Below, piece by piece: positions 12,618-21,533 of a stretch of DNA of 64,000 nucleotides (position 1 is its first letter; each line of letters starts with the position of its first letter). The notes below the pieces were generated by a model that saw only the letters and a list, made by a program, of their open reading frames with translations, did no database searches and was not told the DNA's origin. A program made the position numbers and the translations under genes. Source of the DNA: an uncultured Enterobacteriaceae bacterium (GTDB lineage Bacteria > Myxococcota_A > UBA9042); assembly GCA_964356325.1 (NCBI GenBank), contig CAYHHL010000002.1:21490-85489 (forward strand). Direction: 5' to 3'.

Positions 12618-12830
12618 CCCCAGCCGGTTGCCCCGCGCAACTGGACATCGAGACCTGACCGGGGGGTTCGTGGCGCAAGCTGCGGGCCCCTCGGCCGTTT
12701 TTGCCCCGCCGTGCGCCGCCGTCCACGACCGCGCCCCGTCGCCGACCGGGGTCTTGGCGGATGGCGTCGCATCTGGCAGGGTACGCACGCCAGCCCGACC
12801 GTTGAACCCACTGTAGCCGCGAGGATCCTG

Positions 12831-14258
12831 ATGAAAACCCTGCTTCGTCGCACCGCCGTCCTGAGCTGCCTGACCGCCTCCATCCCGTCCATGGCATGGG
12901 CGGCCGGCTACGACACCCCGATGCTCTACAGCGCGCGCCACATGGGCATGGGCGGCACGGCTATCGGCGCGGTCGACGATCCGAGCTCGATCTTCCACAA
13001 TCCCGCGGGCATGTCCCACATCAAGGGCGGTATGCTGCTCCTGGATTTCTCGCCGCTCATCGGCACGATCCACGGCAGCCCGTCTGGCCACGGTGTTTCG
13101 GAGAAAGACAAGTCGATCTCGCACCCGGGCCTCGACATCACCTCGAACACGACTTTCGCACCGTTCTTCATGGCGGGCGGCGCCTACACGCTGCACAAGT
13201 ATCTGACGCTCGGTTTCGCTGTGTATCCGGTGGCCAGCGCGGGGGCGAGCTACACTTACGCGGTGGAGGCAAACGGTAACGAGAAGGTCGACATCAAGGA
13301 CCACACCAAGCTTGCGTTCATCGACTTCGCGCCGGCGATCTCCGCGCAATTGCTGCCTAACCTGCGCATCGGCGCGGCGTATCGGTACTCCACGGTCGAC
13401 TTCGAACGCCAGCGCATCAACCCGGACGCCACTGGCACGCCGTCCCCGATCGATTTGACGATGAAGGGCAGCAACGCCGCCGGCTTCCGGGTCGGCGGGC
13501 AATACACCTACGGAGCGCTCGATCTCGGCCTGACCTACCGGCACAAGACCCAAACGGTCGTGAAGGCGGCGACCGGCGTGGTCAACAACCAGAACGGCAC
13601 CGACCTCGAGTATGAGTTCGTGCTGCCGTCCAAGCTCGGCTTCGGTGTGCAATTCAGGGAACAGATGCTCCGGCTCGCGTTCGACCTCGAGTACACGTGG
13701 CAGGAGCAGAACCGTACGACCAGCCTCAAGGGAAGTGCGGTGCTATTCGGCCAGCCGTCGTCGGTGGCGGTGAGCAACGTAGCGAACTGGCAGAACACGA
13801 TGACGGCTCGCGTCGGCGCCGGCTACAAGATCGGCAGTGCCGAGGTGCGCGCTGGCTACACGCACGACTCCCAAGCCTCGCAAATCAATTACCCTTCGGC
13901 ATTCGGCACGCCCCCCGGCTCCACGCAAGTGTTCACCGCAGGCCTGGGCTACGAGATCAGCGACAGGTTGGACTTTTCGCTGGCTGGCGCCTACCGCACC
14001 GGTTCGGCCACCGTCACCAAGGCCGACGCCCCGACGGACTGCCCGCTGTGCGGCAGAGAAGGAAGCTACAATATCAAGCTGTTCGGCGCGTATCTGGACA
14101 TGCGCTGGAAGTTCGGCGCGCCCAAGGCCGCTGCCGCCCCGGCGATCGAAGAGGTCAAGGAGCCCACGCCGGCCGTCGAGACTGCACCGTCGCCCGCGCC
14201 TGCGGCTCCTACCGCGGCCGCCCCCGAACCGGCCAACGCTACGCAACCACAAGCCTGA
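12831..14258 (+). CDS. Outer-membrane transport protein, OMPP1/FadL/TodX family
   Basis: Signal peptide MKTLLRRTAVLSCLTASIPSMAWA precedes AGYDTPMLYSARHMGMGGTAIGAVDDPSSIFHNPAGM, a FadL-type N-terminal hatch with NPA. The body has beta-strand periodicity. The tail is Ala/Pro-rich. Confidence 0.75.
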   Translation: MKTLLRRTAVLSCLTASIPSMAWAAGYDTPMLYSARHMGMGGTAIGAVDDPSSIFHNPAGMSHIKGGMLLLDFSPLIGTIHGSPSGHGVSEKDKSISHPGLDITSNTTFAPFFMAGGAYTLHKYLTLGFAVYPVASAGASYTYAVEANGNEKVDIKDHTKLAFIDFAPAISAQLLPNLRIGAAYRYSTVDFERQRINPDATGTPSPIDLTMKGSNAAGFRVGGQYTYGALDLGLTYRHKTQTVVKAATGVVNNQNGTDLEYEFVLPSKLGFGVQFREQMLRLAFDLEYTWQEQNRTTSLKGSAVLFGQPSSVAVSNVANWQNTMTARVGAGYKIGSAEVRAGYTHDSQASQINYPSAFGTPPGSTQVFTAGLGYEISDRLDFSLAGAYRTGSATVTKADAPTDCPLCGREGSYNIKLFGAYLDMRWKFGAPKAAAAPAIEEVKEPTPAVETAPSPAPAAPTAAAPEPANATQPQA

Positions 14259-14275
14259 GCCAGCGCTACCAACGC

Positions 14276-14320
14276 AAACGGCCGCCGGTACCCAGTCGAG
14301 GTCCCGGCGGCCGTTTTCGC
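14276..14320. terminator. Bidirectional intrinsic terminator between two convergent genes
   Basis: A perfect 13-bp inverted repeat AAACGGCCGCCGG / CCGGCGGCCGTTT encloses a 15-nt loop. It is followed by TTTCGCTTCTG on one side and lies between convergent stops. Confidence 0.6.
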
Positions 14321-14332
14321 TTCTGACGGCGT

Positions 14333-14737
14333 CTACTTGCCGGCGGGCTTGGCTTCCTTGGCCGGCTTGGGCTCCTTGGCCGGCTTGTCCTTGGCCGGAG
14401 CCGCGGGCGCAGCGGCATCAGCGGCGCAGATGTCGGCCTTCTTGCACGCGCAATGCTCGCGCTTGGTGCACTTGGCGTCCTTGGCGATGCACGACCCGCC
14501 GCAAGGCTTGCCGTCCTTGCAGTCCTTCGCCTTGATCGTGCAGGTCTTTCCGGCGGGCAGGCAGGTGTCGCCGCACGGCTCGCCCTTGTCGCAGACCTTG
14601 CAGCACTCGGCCTTGGGCACGCAGGCGCCGGGTGCAGCCGACTTCGCCAAGCTGTCCTGCGCCTGGAACATCAGGCCCACCGCGACGGCAAGGGCGAACA
14701 AGGGGGCGAGGATGCGGGCGGAATACGATGAACTCAT
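14333..14737 (-). CDS. Small secreted Cys-rich, Lys-rich protein (about 134 aa), function unknown
   Basis: Start MSSSYSARILAPLFALAVAVGLMFQAQDSLA (signal peptide) is preceded by GGAGG. The mature part has about 18 Cys in CxxC/CC arrangements and a C-terminus AAPAAPAKDKPAKEPKPAKEAKPAGK. The track ORF 14333..15010 over-extends across tRNA-Phe. Confidence 0.55.
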   Translation of the reverse strand: MSSSYSARILAPLFALAVAVGLMFQAQDSLAKSAAPGACVPKAECCKVCDKGEPCGDTCLPAGKTCTIKAKDCKDGKPCGGSCIAKDAKCTKREHCACKKADICAADAAAPAAPAKDKPAKEPKPAKEAKPAGK

Positions 14738-14952
14738 GGAACCTCCGGCGCTGGGTAGTGGGGCGCGGGCGCGAGTGTAGGTGCGTGGCGGTCGGGCGTC
14801 CAACAACCGCAACAGGACGAACCGGTTTGACCCGCGCGGCGGCCGGAAGGAAAAGTCGTCGTGGCGGCGCGCGGCCTTCTTGACACGCTTGCAGCGATGC
14901 CACAGACTCCGCACCCGCTCCGGCGCCCTGTGCGGGCTGGTCGGCGGTCGAG

Positions 14953-15025
14953 GCCCAGGTAGCTCAGTTGGTAGAGCAGTGGACTGAAAATCCACGTGTC
15001 GGCGGTTCAAATCCGCCCCTGGGCA
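14953..15025 (+). tRNA. tRNA-Phe (anticodon GAA)
   Basis: GCCCAGGTAGCTCAGTTGGTAGAGCAGTGGACTGAAAATCCACGTGTCGGCGGTTCAAATCCGCCCCTGGGCA forms a cloverleaf with a 7-bp acceptor stem, a CTGAAAA anticodon loop and a TTCAAAT T-loop. CCA is not encoded. Confidence 0.9.
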
Positions 15026-15150
15026 CTGGGTAGCACACTGCCCGTGACGTCAAGTCAGGGATAGGAAGCCAGAAGTGACATGATGAAGTCAGGACGGTGG
15101 CGTTTGGCCACCTCCACCCGCCGCCGGTCGTGCACAACGACTTTCGCGAC

Positions 15151-15226
15151 GGGCCGGTAGCTCAGCTGGGAGAGCGCTGCGTTCGCAATGCAGAGGTCAG
15201 GGGTTCGATCCCCCTCCGGTCCACCA
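15151..15226 (+). tRNA. tRNA-Ala (anticodon CGC)
   Basis: GGGCCGGTAGCTCAGCTGGGAGAGCGCTGCGTTCGCAATGCAGAGGTCAGGGGTTCGATCCCCCTCCGGTCCACCA has the G3:U70 Ala identity pair and a TTCGCAA anticodon loop. CCA is encoded. Confidence 0.9.
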
Positions 15227-15280
15227 ACATAGCCCGTCCGGGATGCCATGGGGCACAGGAAACGGGGCATGTGACGGCGC

Positions 15281-15319
15281 AAAGGCCATTCGTTCGCGCG
15301 AATGGCCTTTGTGGTTTTT
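15281..15319 (+). terminator. Rho-independent terminator downstream of tRNA-Ala
   Basis: A perfect 12-bp stem AAAGGCCATTCG / CGAATGGCCTTT with a 6-nt loop is followed by GTGGTTTTTG. Confidence 0.65.
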
Positions 15320-15396
15320 GGCCGCCGTAACCCCTTGTGGTGGCCGTCTCGACGAAAAACCCTGTGGCTTCAGAACCCTGCCACACCGGAGCCCGC

Positions 15397-16866
15397 ATGG
15401 CCTCGATCGAACTGACCGCCAGCCTCGCCGACCTGACCACCGACGCGCACACCCTGGTCGTCGTCGCCCGCAAGGCCGATCTCGTGGACGGCTGGCCGCT
15501 GCACGACTTGCCCGAGGCCATCCGCAACGTCGGCTCGATGCTCGCCCAGGATGCCAAACCCGGTGCGGGCGCTGTCGTTTCCTCGCTGTTGCCGCCCGGA
15601 CAAGGCCTGCCGCGCGCGCTCGTTCTGGTGGCGCTGTACGACAAGGTCTCGCGGCACCTGTCGGATACCCGATCCTATGAGATCTATCAGGCTTTGCGTG
15701 GGATTGCGCGCACAGAAGGCGGCAAGGTCGGCGTGTTGATCGCGCTGGCCGAAGAAGCCCATGCCCTGGGCGCCACCTTGGGCGTCGTGCGCAGCTACCC
15801 GTTGTATTCGCGCAAGTCCGGCAACAAGAACGCCGAAGGTCAGGTTCGCATCGGCCTGCGCACGCGGGCCGGCCTGATCACCCAGGGTTTCGGGCAGTTG
15901 ATGCACGCACGCGACTCGGTCCGGCTGGCCGCGCGCCTGGTCGACATGCCCACGGCCGAACTGGACGCGCAGGTGTTCGAGCAGGAGGCCCGCAACGCCG
16001 CCGCCGGTATCGCCGACGTGCACGTCGAGTCCATCGTCGGCGACGACCTGCTGACCCACGGGCTGCGCGGCCTGCACGCGGTCGGTCGCACCGCCATGGT
16101 GCCGCCGCGACTGGTGATCCTCGATTACGATCCGGCCGGAGTCACGGGCGAGCCCATCGCGCTGATCGGCAAAGGACTCGTGTACGACACCGGCGGGTTG
16201 TCGCTGAAGATCGTCGGCGAGCGAATGCTGACGATGAAGTGCGACATGGGCGGCGGCGCGGCGGTGCTGGGCGCGTTCCTGACGCTGGCCAAGTCCGGGA
16301 TCAAGCGGCGGATCATCGCGGCGTTGTGCATCGCCGAGAACAGCATCGGCCCCAACGCGTACCGACCCGACGACGTGATCGAGATGCACAGCGGCAAGAC
16401 CATGGAAGTGAACAACACCGACGCCGAGGGTCGCATCGCCCTGGCGGACGGCGCTTCGTACGTGGCGCGCAAGTACAAGCCCGAGGTCCTGATCGACGCG
16501 GCGACTCTGACTGGCGCGCAACTGGTGGCGACGGGCAAATGGCACGCCGGCATCGTGTCGAATGATGGCGACTTGGAACGGCGCTGCCTCGAAGCGGGCC
16601 TGCAGAGCGGCGATCACTGCATGCCGCTGCTGTTCAGCCCCGAACTGCACACCTCGGAATACAAGAGCACGGTCGCGGACATGCGCAACAGCGTCGCCGA
16701 TCGCAACAACGCCTCGTCGAGCGCGTCCGGGCTGTGGGTCTACCTGCACATCGACGACTTGAACCTGCGCTGGTTGCACATCGACCTGGCTGGACCGGCG
16801 TTCATCGACAACCGCGGCACCGGCTACGGCGTGGGCCTGCTGCACGCGCTGGTATCGGCGCTGTAG
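15397..16866 (+). CDS. pepA: Leucyl aminopeptidase (peptidase M17)
   Basis: Carries the NTDAEGRIALADG (NTDAEGRL) signature, plus LIGKGLVYDTGG and MKCDMGGGAAVLGA metal-site motifs. The true start is MASIELTA; the track ORF is over-extended. Confidence 0.9.
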   Translation: MASIELTASLADLTTDAHTLVVVARKADLVDGWPLHDLPEAIRNVGSMLAQDAKPGAGAVVSSLLPPGQGLPRALVLVALYDKVSRHLSDTRSYEIYQALRGIARTEGGKVGVLIALAEEAHALGATLGVVRSYPLYSRKSGNKNAEGQVRIGLRTRAGLITQGFGQLMHARDSVRLAARLVDMPTAELDAQVFEQEARNAAAGIADVHVESIVGDDLLTHGLRGLHAVGRTAMVPPRLVILDYDPAGVTGEPIALIGKGLVYDTGGLSLKIVGERMLTMKCDMGGGAAVLGAFLTLAKSGIKRRIIAALCIAENSIGPNAYRPDDVIEMHSGKTMEVNNTDAEGRIALADGASYVARKYKPEVLIDAATLTGAQLVATGKWHAGIVSNDGDLERRCLEAGLQSGDHCMPLLFSPELHTSEYKSTVADMRNSVADRNNASSSASGLWVYLHIDDLNLRWLHIDLAGPAFIDNRGTGYGVGLLHALVSAL

Positions 16867-17023
16867 CTCGCACAGGAGTTGCGCCGCGAGTGTTGAAATT
16901 TTCCACATGCGGGGATTTTCGACACTGCGAGCGGCCTGCAGCCTGTTGGCGGGCCGGTGTGGTAGCAGTGTAATCTGCCGTGAACACGCCTGGTTATAAC
17001 AAACACTCTGTCAAAGTGCGAAC

Positions 17024-17039
17024 TGGCACGGAACCTGCT
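17024..17039 (+). promoter_or_regulatory. Sigma-54 (RpoN) promoter, -24/-12 elements
   Basis: TGGCACGgaacCTGCT matches TGGCACG-N4-TTGCW with correct GG/GC spacing. It sits about 90 nt upstream of the ATG at 17129 in an AT-richer intergenic region. Confidence 0.55.
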
Positions 17040-17128
17040 ACACCTAGAACGTGTCGGCGGGCAGGCGCCTTTCCGGCAAGCGCGGACGCGGCAGCGGACT
17101 TGGACGGAAGCAGAACTGGAGGGACGAG

Positions 17129-18340
17129 ATGAACTGGATGAAAGCGAGCTGTACGCTGGTCGTGAGCCTGACTGCGGTCCTGGGCGCAAGCTCGGCCATG
17201 GCCTTGGAATCCTGCAACGACACCAAGGTCTGCTCCAAGGCGAGCGACACGTGCCATGGCGGCGTGTGCGTGCCCAAGGATCGCCTGTGCAAGACCGACG
17301 CCGGCTGCAAGGGCTGGCAAGTGTGCGACATGACCTGCCCGGGCGTCAGCAGCAGCCCCACCAGCGGCGGCGGCACGAGCACCCCCGGTAGCACCGGCTG
17401 CGCCAGTTCGGACGGGGACGCGTGCAGCACCAGTCCTGCGCCCTCGACCGATGGCGGCAGCAGCGGTGGCGCACGAAAGCCCAAGAGTGACGGTGGCAGT
17501 TCCGAAGATCAGGCCTTCGAGCCGGACGCCAGCGGCCTGGTGCAGCCGCCCGACGCCAGCCAGACGCCCCCGTGCCCCAAGGATCAGGGCATTTGCGTGC
17601 CCGACCTCAAGAAGGTCACAGCCCAGCCGGGTTGCGCCGAGTTCTGCAAGTCCGTGGTCACGTGCGATTTCTTGGGCGGCGACGACAGCGGCGGCGGCTC
17701 CGGCGGCTCCGGCGGCACCGAGCCGAGCCCTCCGCCGCCCGGGCCCAAGGACGGCGGCAGCAGCGGCGCACCCCAGGAGATCGACGCCGGCTCGACGGGC
17801 CAAGATCCGATGCCGGACGCCGGCGCCAAGAAGATGCCCAGCGACGCGGCCGGATTCGTGGCTCCAGATGCCGGTCCGAAGCAGGGCGACATCGACCAAT
17901 GCGTGCAGATGTGCAGCGTATGGAAGCTCGAAGGCGTCGCCCAGCCCGAGTTCACCGCCCTGGCCATGTGCGTCGCCGGCAAGAGTGGCGTGTGCAACGA
18001 GATGGAACTGGCCTGCAAGGACGCCGGCGATGCGTTCATCAACGCCGCGAAGGCCAACGACTTCTGGATGATCGCCCTGCAGGGTAGCGTCGCGGTTGGC
18101 GGCTCCAACGGCACCGGCGAGACCAAGGGCGCCGACGCGGTGGGCACGACCACACCGCAGGGATCGGACGTCAAGACCGGGGGCGATGCGGTCGCCAACA
18201 CCGGCGCGGCCAGCGGCAGTGGCAACAGCACGACCAGCGGCTGCACGGCCGGACCGACCGCCAATGGCACGCCGTGGGGCCTCGCCCTGCTGAGCCTGCT
18301 GGGACTCGGGATGGTGTTCCGGCGCCGCAACGTGGTGTAA
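17129..18340 (+). CDS. Secreted Cys-rich, Gly/Ser/Pro-rich protein with a MYXO-CTERM sorting signal
   Basis: Signal peptide MNWMKASCTLVVSLTAVLGASSAMA is followed by a Cys-rich N-domain. The C-terminus ...SGCTAGPTANGTPWGLALLSLLGLGMVFRRRNVV has the pattern GC, hydrophobic stretch, RRR, typical of MYXO-CTERM. RBS is GGAGGG. Confidence 0.75.
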   Translation: MNWMKASCTLVVSLTAVLGASSAMALESCNDTKVCSKASDTCHGGVCVPKDRLCKTDAGCKGWQVCDMTCPGVSSSPTSGGGTSTPGSTGCASSDGDACSTSPAPSTDGGSSGGARKPKSDGGSSEDQAFEPDASGLVQPPDASQTPPCPKDQGICVPDLKKVTAQPGCAEFCKSVVTCDFLGGDDSGGGSGGSGGTEPSPPPPGPKDGGSSGAPQEIDAGSTGQDPMPDAGAKKMPSDAAGFVAPDAGPKQGDIDQCVQMCSVWKLEGVAQPEFTALAMCVAGKSGVCNEMELACKDAGDAFINAAKANDFWMIALQGSVAVGGSNGTGETKGADAVGTTTPQGSDVKTGGDAVANTGAASGSGNSTTSGCTAGPTANGTPWGLALLSLLGLGMVFRRRNVV

Positions 18341-18375
18341 TCGAAGGTATCTGACCATGGCTCCAGGCTAAGCTG

Positions 18376-18529
18376 CCGGAGCCGTGGCCGGAGCCGAGGC
18401 CGGAGCCGGGAGCCCACGGCGGGAACGGACCTACGCCCGAACCCGAACCCGAACCCGAACCCGTTCCCGAGCCCGAACCCGTTCCCGAACCCGAACCCGT
18501 ACCCGAACCCGTGCCCGTCCCCGTCCCCG
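18376..18529. repeat. Intergenic hexanucleotide microsatellite: (GGAGCC)n followed by (CCGAAC/CCGTTC)n
   Basis: Reads gccggagccgtggccggagccgaggccggagcc...cccgaacccgaacccgaacccgaacccgttcccgagcccgaaccc..., abutting the rlmN stop. Its reverse complement is (GGTTCG)n(GGCTCC)n. Confidence 0.7.
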
Positions 18530-19702
18530 TCAACCCAGGGCCTTCTCCCCCGCCAACTGCCCACAAGCCGCGCCGATGTCTTGCCCTTTGGACTCGCGCA
18601 GGCTCACCGACGCACCGTGACGCCGCACCGTCTCCGCAAACGCCCGAATCACCGCGCGTTCCGGCCGCTGGTAGTCCGAGCCCGGCCAAGCATTGAACGG
18701 GATGACGTTGACGTGCGCGTTCAGTTCCAGCGCCATCTTCGCCAACCGTCGCGCGTCGTCCTGGCTGTCGTTCACGCCCTTGAGCAACGCGTATTCGAAG
18801 GTGATCTTACGGCTCTGGCTCGGCGGCAGATCGCGCAGGACCTGGACCATCCGCTCGATCGGTACGCCCTTGTTCACCGGCATCAGGCGGTCGCGCACCT
18901 CGTCGGTCGTCGCCGTCAGCGACCAGGCGAGATTGATGTGCGGATGCGCGGCGGCCAGCTTCGGCACGTTCTTGGCCAGGCCTGAAGTCGAGACCGTGAT
19001 GCGCCGCGGCGAGAAGTCGTAGCCCTTCGGATCGCAAAGGATGTCCAGGGCATCGAGCAGGGCCGCCAGGTTGTCCAGCGGTTCGCCCATGCCCATGAAC
19101 ACCAGGTTGTGCGGCCGCGCCGACAGCGGCCCATCCTGCCCGCCCGCCACGCCGCCGCGCCCCTGCCCTTGCGCGAACTGCAGGCGGCACGCGACAGCCA
19201 CCTGCTCGACGATTTCACCCGCGGTCAGGTCGGCCCGGTCGGGAATCCGCGCCGTCGCACAGAAGTCGCAGCCCATCTTGCAGCCGACCTGCGAGGAAAG
19301 GCATTGAGTCACAGTACTTGCGTCCGTTTCGCCGGTGTTCGCCTCCATGGGCATGATGACGGTCTCGATGCCGTGGCCTGCGCCGGTCGTGAGCACCAGC
19401 TTCTGCGAACCGTCGAGCTGCGATTGTCGATCCATTGTCATCGTCAAGACTTGCAGCGGCCGACTGAAGGCAAGCTGGCTGCGCAGGGCCGCGGGCAGGT
19501 CGGTCATCAGCGCCCAGTCGCGCACCAACCGCGCGTGCAGCCAGCGAAACACCTGCTCGGCCCGAAACGCCTTCTCGCCCGCCGCCACGAACGCCTGCAC
19601 CAGCTTGGGGCGCGGCAGCGAAAGCAAGTCCAGATCGCGAAAGGGCAAGTCCGTCTGTGGCGTTGGCGTCTGAATCGCGGTCGGTGGCAGGGCTGCGGGC
19701 AT
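18530..19702 (-). CDS. rlmN: 23S rRNA m2A2503 / tRNA m2A37 methyltransferase, radical SAM
   Basis: Carries the radical-SAM cluster motif GCKMGCDFCAT, MGMGEPLDN, and a C-terminus ...GQDIGAACGQLAG typical of RlmN. Start MPAALPPT. Confidence 0.9.
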   Translation of the reverse strand: MPAALPPTAIQTPTPQTDLPFRDLDLLSLPRPKLVQAFVAAGEKAFRAEQVFRWLHARLVRDWALMTDLPAALRSQLAFSRPLQVLTMTMDRQSQLDGSQKLVLTTGAGHGIETVIMPMEANTGETDASTVTQCLSSQVGCKMGCDFCATARIPDRADLTAGEIVEQVAVACRLQFAQGQGRGGVAGGQDGPLSARPHNLVFMGMGEPLDNLAALLDALDILCDPKGYDFSPRRITVSTSGLAKNVPKLAAAHPHINLAWSLTATTDEVRDRLMPVNKGVPIERMVQVLRDLPPSQSRKITFEYALLKGVNDSQDDARRLAKMALELNAHVNVIPFNAWPGSDYQRPERAVIRAFAETVRRHGASVSLRESKGQDIGAACGQLAGEKALG

Positions 19703-19964
19703 GAACGAATCCGTGTGCGTGGAGTGCGAATCCGCCAGCGTACCTCGGGACCTGCGTGCATGCCACGGCAACTTGGGGGCGCGATTCTACCTCGGTGTGT
19801 CGAAGTGTGTGGGCGCGGACCAGACGGGGCCCCAAGTGCATCGAATCGAGACAGTCCGGCTTGCGGCGCAGGGGAGCATGGGCTACTCTATGTCTCAAGT
19901 TGAAACAGAAAACCCGCAGCGACCCCTGGTCGCCCGGCAAACCTTGCGAATGGCGGAGGCCATC

Positions 19965-21527
19965 ATGCCCGGCGTGCCCCCTATCGGCACCGTGCTCATC
20001 GTCGAAGACGACGCGGGCATCGTCGAAGTCATCGAAGAATTGCTGCGCAGCAATGGTTACGCGGTGGAGAGCGTTACGACCGCGCGCCGGGCCGAGGCCG
20101 TGGTCAAGGCCGGCCTGAACGGCGTCATCCTGTTGGATCTCAGCTTGCCGGACAGCGAGGGCCTGGATCTGTTCGAGCGCCTGAAGACCGTCGCACCAAA
20201 GAACCGCATCATCATCATGACCGCCTACGGTGACCTCGAAAACGTCATCGGCGCGACGGCTGCCGGTGCTTTCGACTTCATCACCAAGGGCAACGACCTG
20301 ATGGAGCGGGTGCGCGTCACCGTGCGCAACGCGTTCAACTCCATCGCCCAGGAACAGCAGGTCGCCGAACTGGCCAACTCGCTGATGCGCCGCGACCGCT
20401 TCGCCAGGCTGATCTCGCAATCGCCGCAAATGGACGTGGTGCGCGACGCGATCGACAAGCTCTCGACTTCCAAGGTGAATGTGCTCATCACCGGGCAGTC
20501 GGGCACCGGCAAGGAAGTCGTCGCCCGCACCATCCACGATGCCGGGCCGCGCCACTTGCAGCCGTTCGTGGCGGTCAACTGCGCGGGCATTCCCGACGCC
20601 CTGTTGGAATCCGAGCTGTTCGGCTACGAGCGCGGCGCCTTCACCGGGGCTGTCGCGCGCAAGATCGGCAAGTTCGAGGCGGCGAGCGGCGGCACGCTGC
20701 TTCTGGACGAGATCGGCGAGATGTCGCTGACGTTGCAGGTCAAACTGTTGCGCGTGCTGCAGGATGGCAAGTTCGAGCGGTTGGGCGGCAATACTGAAGT
20801 GCAGCCCGACGTGCGCGTCATCACCGCGACCAACCGCGACCTGCCGGCGATGGTCAAGCAGGGCACCTTCCGGGAGGACTTGTTCTATCGTATCGCGGTG
20901 TTCACCCTGGAACTGCCGCCGCTGATCGAACGCAAGGGCGACATCTCGATCCTGGTCGAGCACTTCGTGCACTCCGCCGCGCGCGAAGAAGGCAAGGACA
21001 TCCGAGGTGTTGCGCCTGAGGTCATGCGCCTGTTCGAACTGCATCCTTGGCCCGGCAACGTCCGGCAACTGCAAAACGTCGTCGCGCGCTCGGCGGTGGT
21101 GTGCAACACCGAGGTCATTTCACTGCGCGACCTGCCGGACAGTTTCGTGGCGGAACTCCAGCAGTTGCAGTCGAGCGAAGCCCAGGCGGCGGCGGCGCGG
21201 GCCAACGAGGAGCGCGCCAACCAACCGCACGCGATCGCGGGCGTCCCGCCGCTGCCAGCTGCGCTGGAGCGCCTGCGCCAAGGCACGGTCCCGGAACGCT
21301 TGGATTATATGCTGGCGCTGGCCTTCCCGGACACCGAGACCCTGCCGCGCGTGGACGACCTGGAGGCGGCGGGTATCCGGCTGGCGATGCATCGGCTAGG
21401 CGGCAACCTGCAACTGACCGCCAGGCGTTTGAACATCAGCCGGGCGACGTTGTATCGGCGCCTGGACACCGCGCAGATCCATCGCGCGCCGACGCCTTCC
21501 GGCGACGAACCTTCGACGGTGTCCTGA
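19965..21527 (+). CDS. Sigma-54-dependent response regulator (NtrC family: REC, AAA+ sigma-54 activator, Fis-type HTH)
   Basis: REC domain GTVLIVEDD...LLDLSLPD, Walker A GQSGTGKE, the GAFTGA motif as YERGAFTGA, and a C-terminal HTH ...[31 protein letters not shown] precedes ATG 19965; an alternative ATG lies at 19950. Confidence 0.9.
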   Translation: MPGVPPIGTVLIVEDDAGIVEVIEELLRSNGYAVESVTTARRAEAVVKAGLNGVILLDLSLPDSEGLDLFERLKTVAPKNRIIIMTAYGDLENVIGATAAGAFDFITKGNDLMERVRVTVRNAFNSIAQEQQVAELANSLMRRDRFARLISQSPQMDVVRDAIDKLSTSKVNVLITGQSGTGKEVVARTIHDAGPRHLQPFVAVNCAGIPDALLESELFGYERGAFTGAVARKIGKFEAASGGTLLLDEIGEMSLTLQVKLLRVLQDGKFERLGGNTEVQPDVRVITATNRDLPAMVKQGTFREDLFYRIAVFTLELPPLIERKGDISILVEHFVHSAAREEGKDIRGVAPEVMRLFELHPWPGNVRQLQNVVARSAVVCNTEVISLRDLPDSFVAELQQLQSSEAQAAAARANEERANQPHAIAGVPPLPAALERLRQGTVPERLDYMLALAFPDTETLPRVDDLEAAGIRLAMHRLGGNLQLTARRLNISRATLYRRLDTAQIHRAPTPSGDEPSTVS

Positions 21528-21533
21528 GCTGCC

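Noticed and set aside
10516-13652. Long minus-strand ORFs 10516..11817 and 12063..13652
   Set aside because: They are antisense to the GT4 gene (GT4 motifs are on +) and to the lipoprotein and FadL genes (signal peptides and FadL NPA hatch are on +). They are frame artefacts.
14333-15010. Track ORF extending the small Cys-rich gene by 91 codons across tRNA-Phe
   Set aside because: The extension overlaps a bona fide tRNA. The internal ATG with GGAGG RBS and an immediate signal peptide (MSSSYSARILAPLFALAVAVG) gives the real start at 14737.
18376-18529. Possible CRISPR array or other spacer-repeat structure
   Set aside because: The repeats are perfect or degenerate hexamers with no unique spacers, no leader and no cas genes. 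This is a microsatellite, not CRISPR. The same holds for the 15-bp (56004..56045) and 10-bp (63709..63735) tandem repeats.
17584-18689. ORFs encoding GFGFGNGFG.., GTGTGSGTGSG.. and [13 protein letters not shown].. (17584..18564 -, 18171..18689 -, 18384..18620 +)
   Set aside because: These are translations of the hexanucleotide microsatellite in alternative frames. They overlap rlmN and the MYXO-CTERM gene out of frame, so they are not genes.
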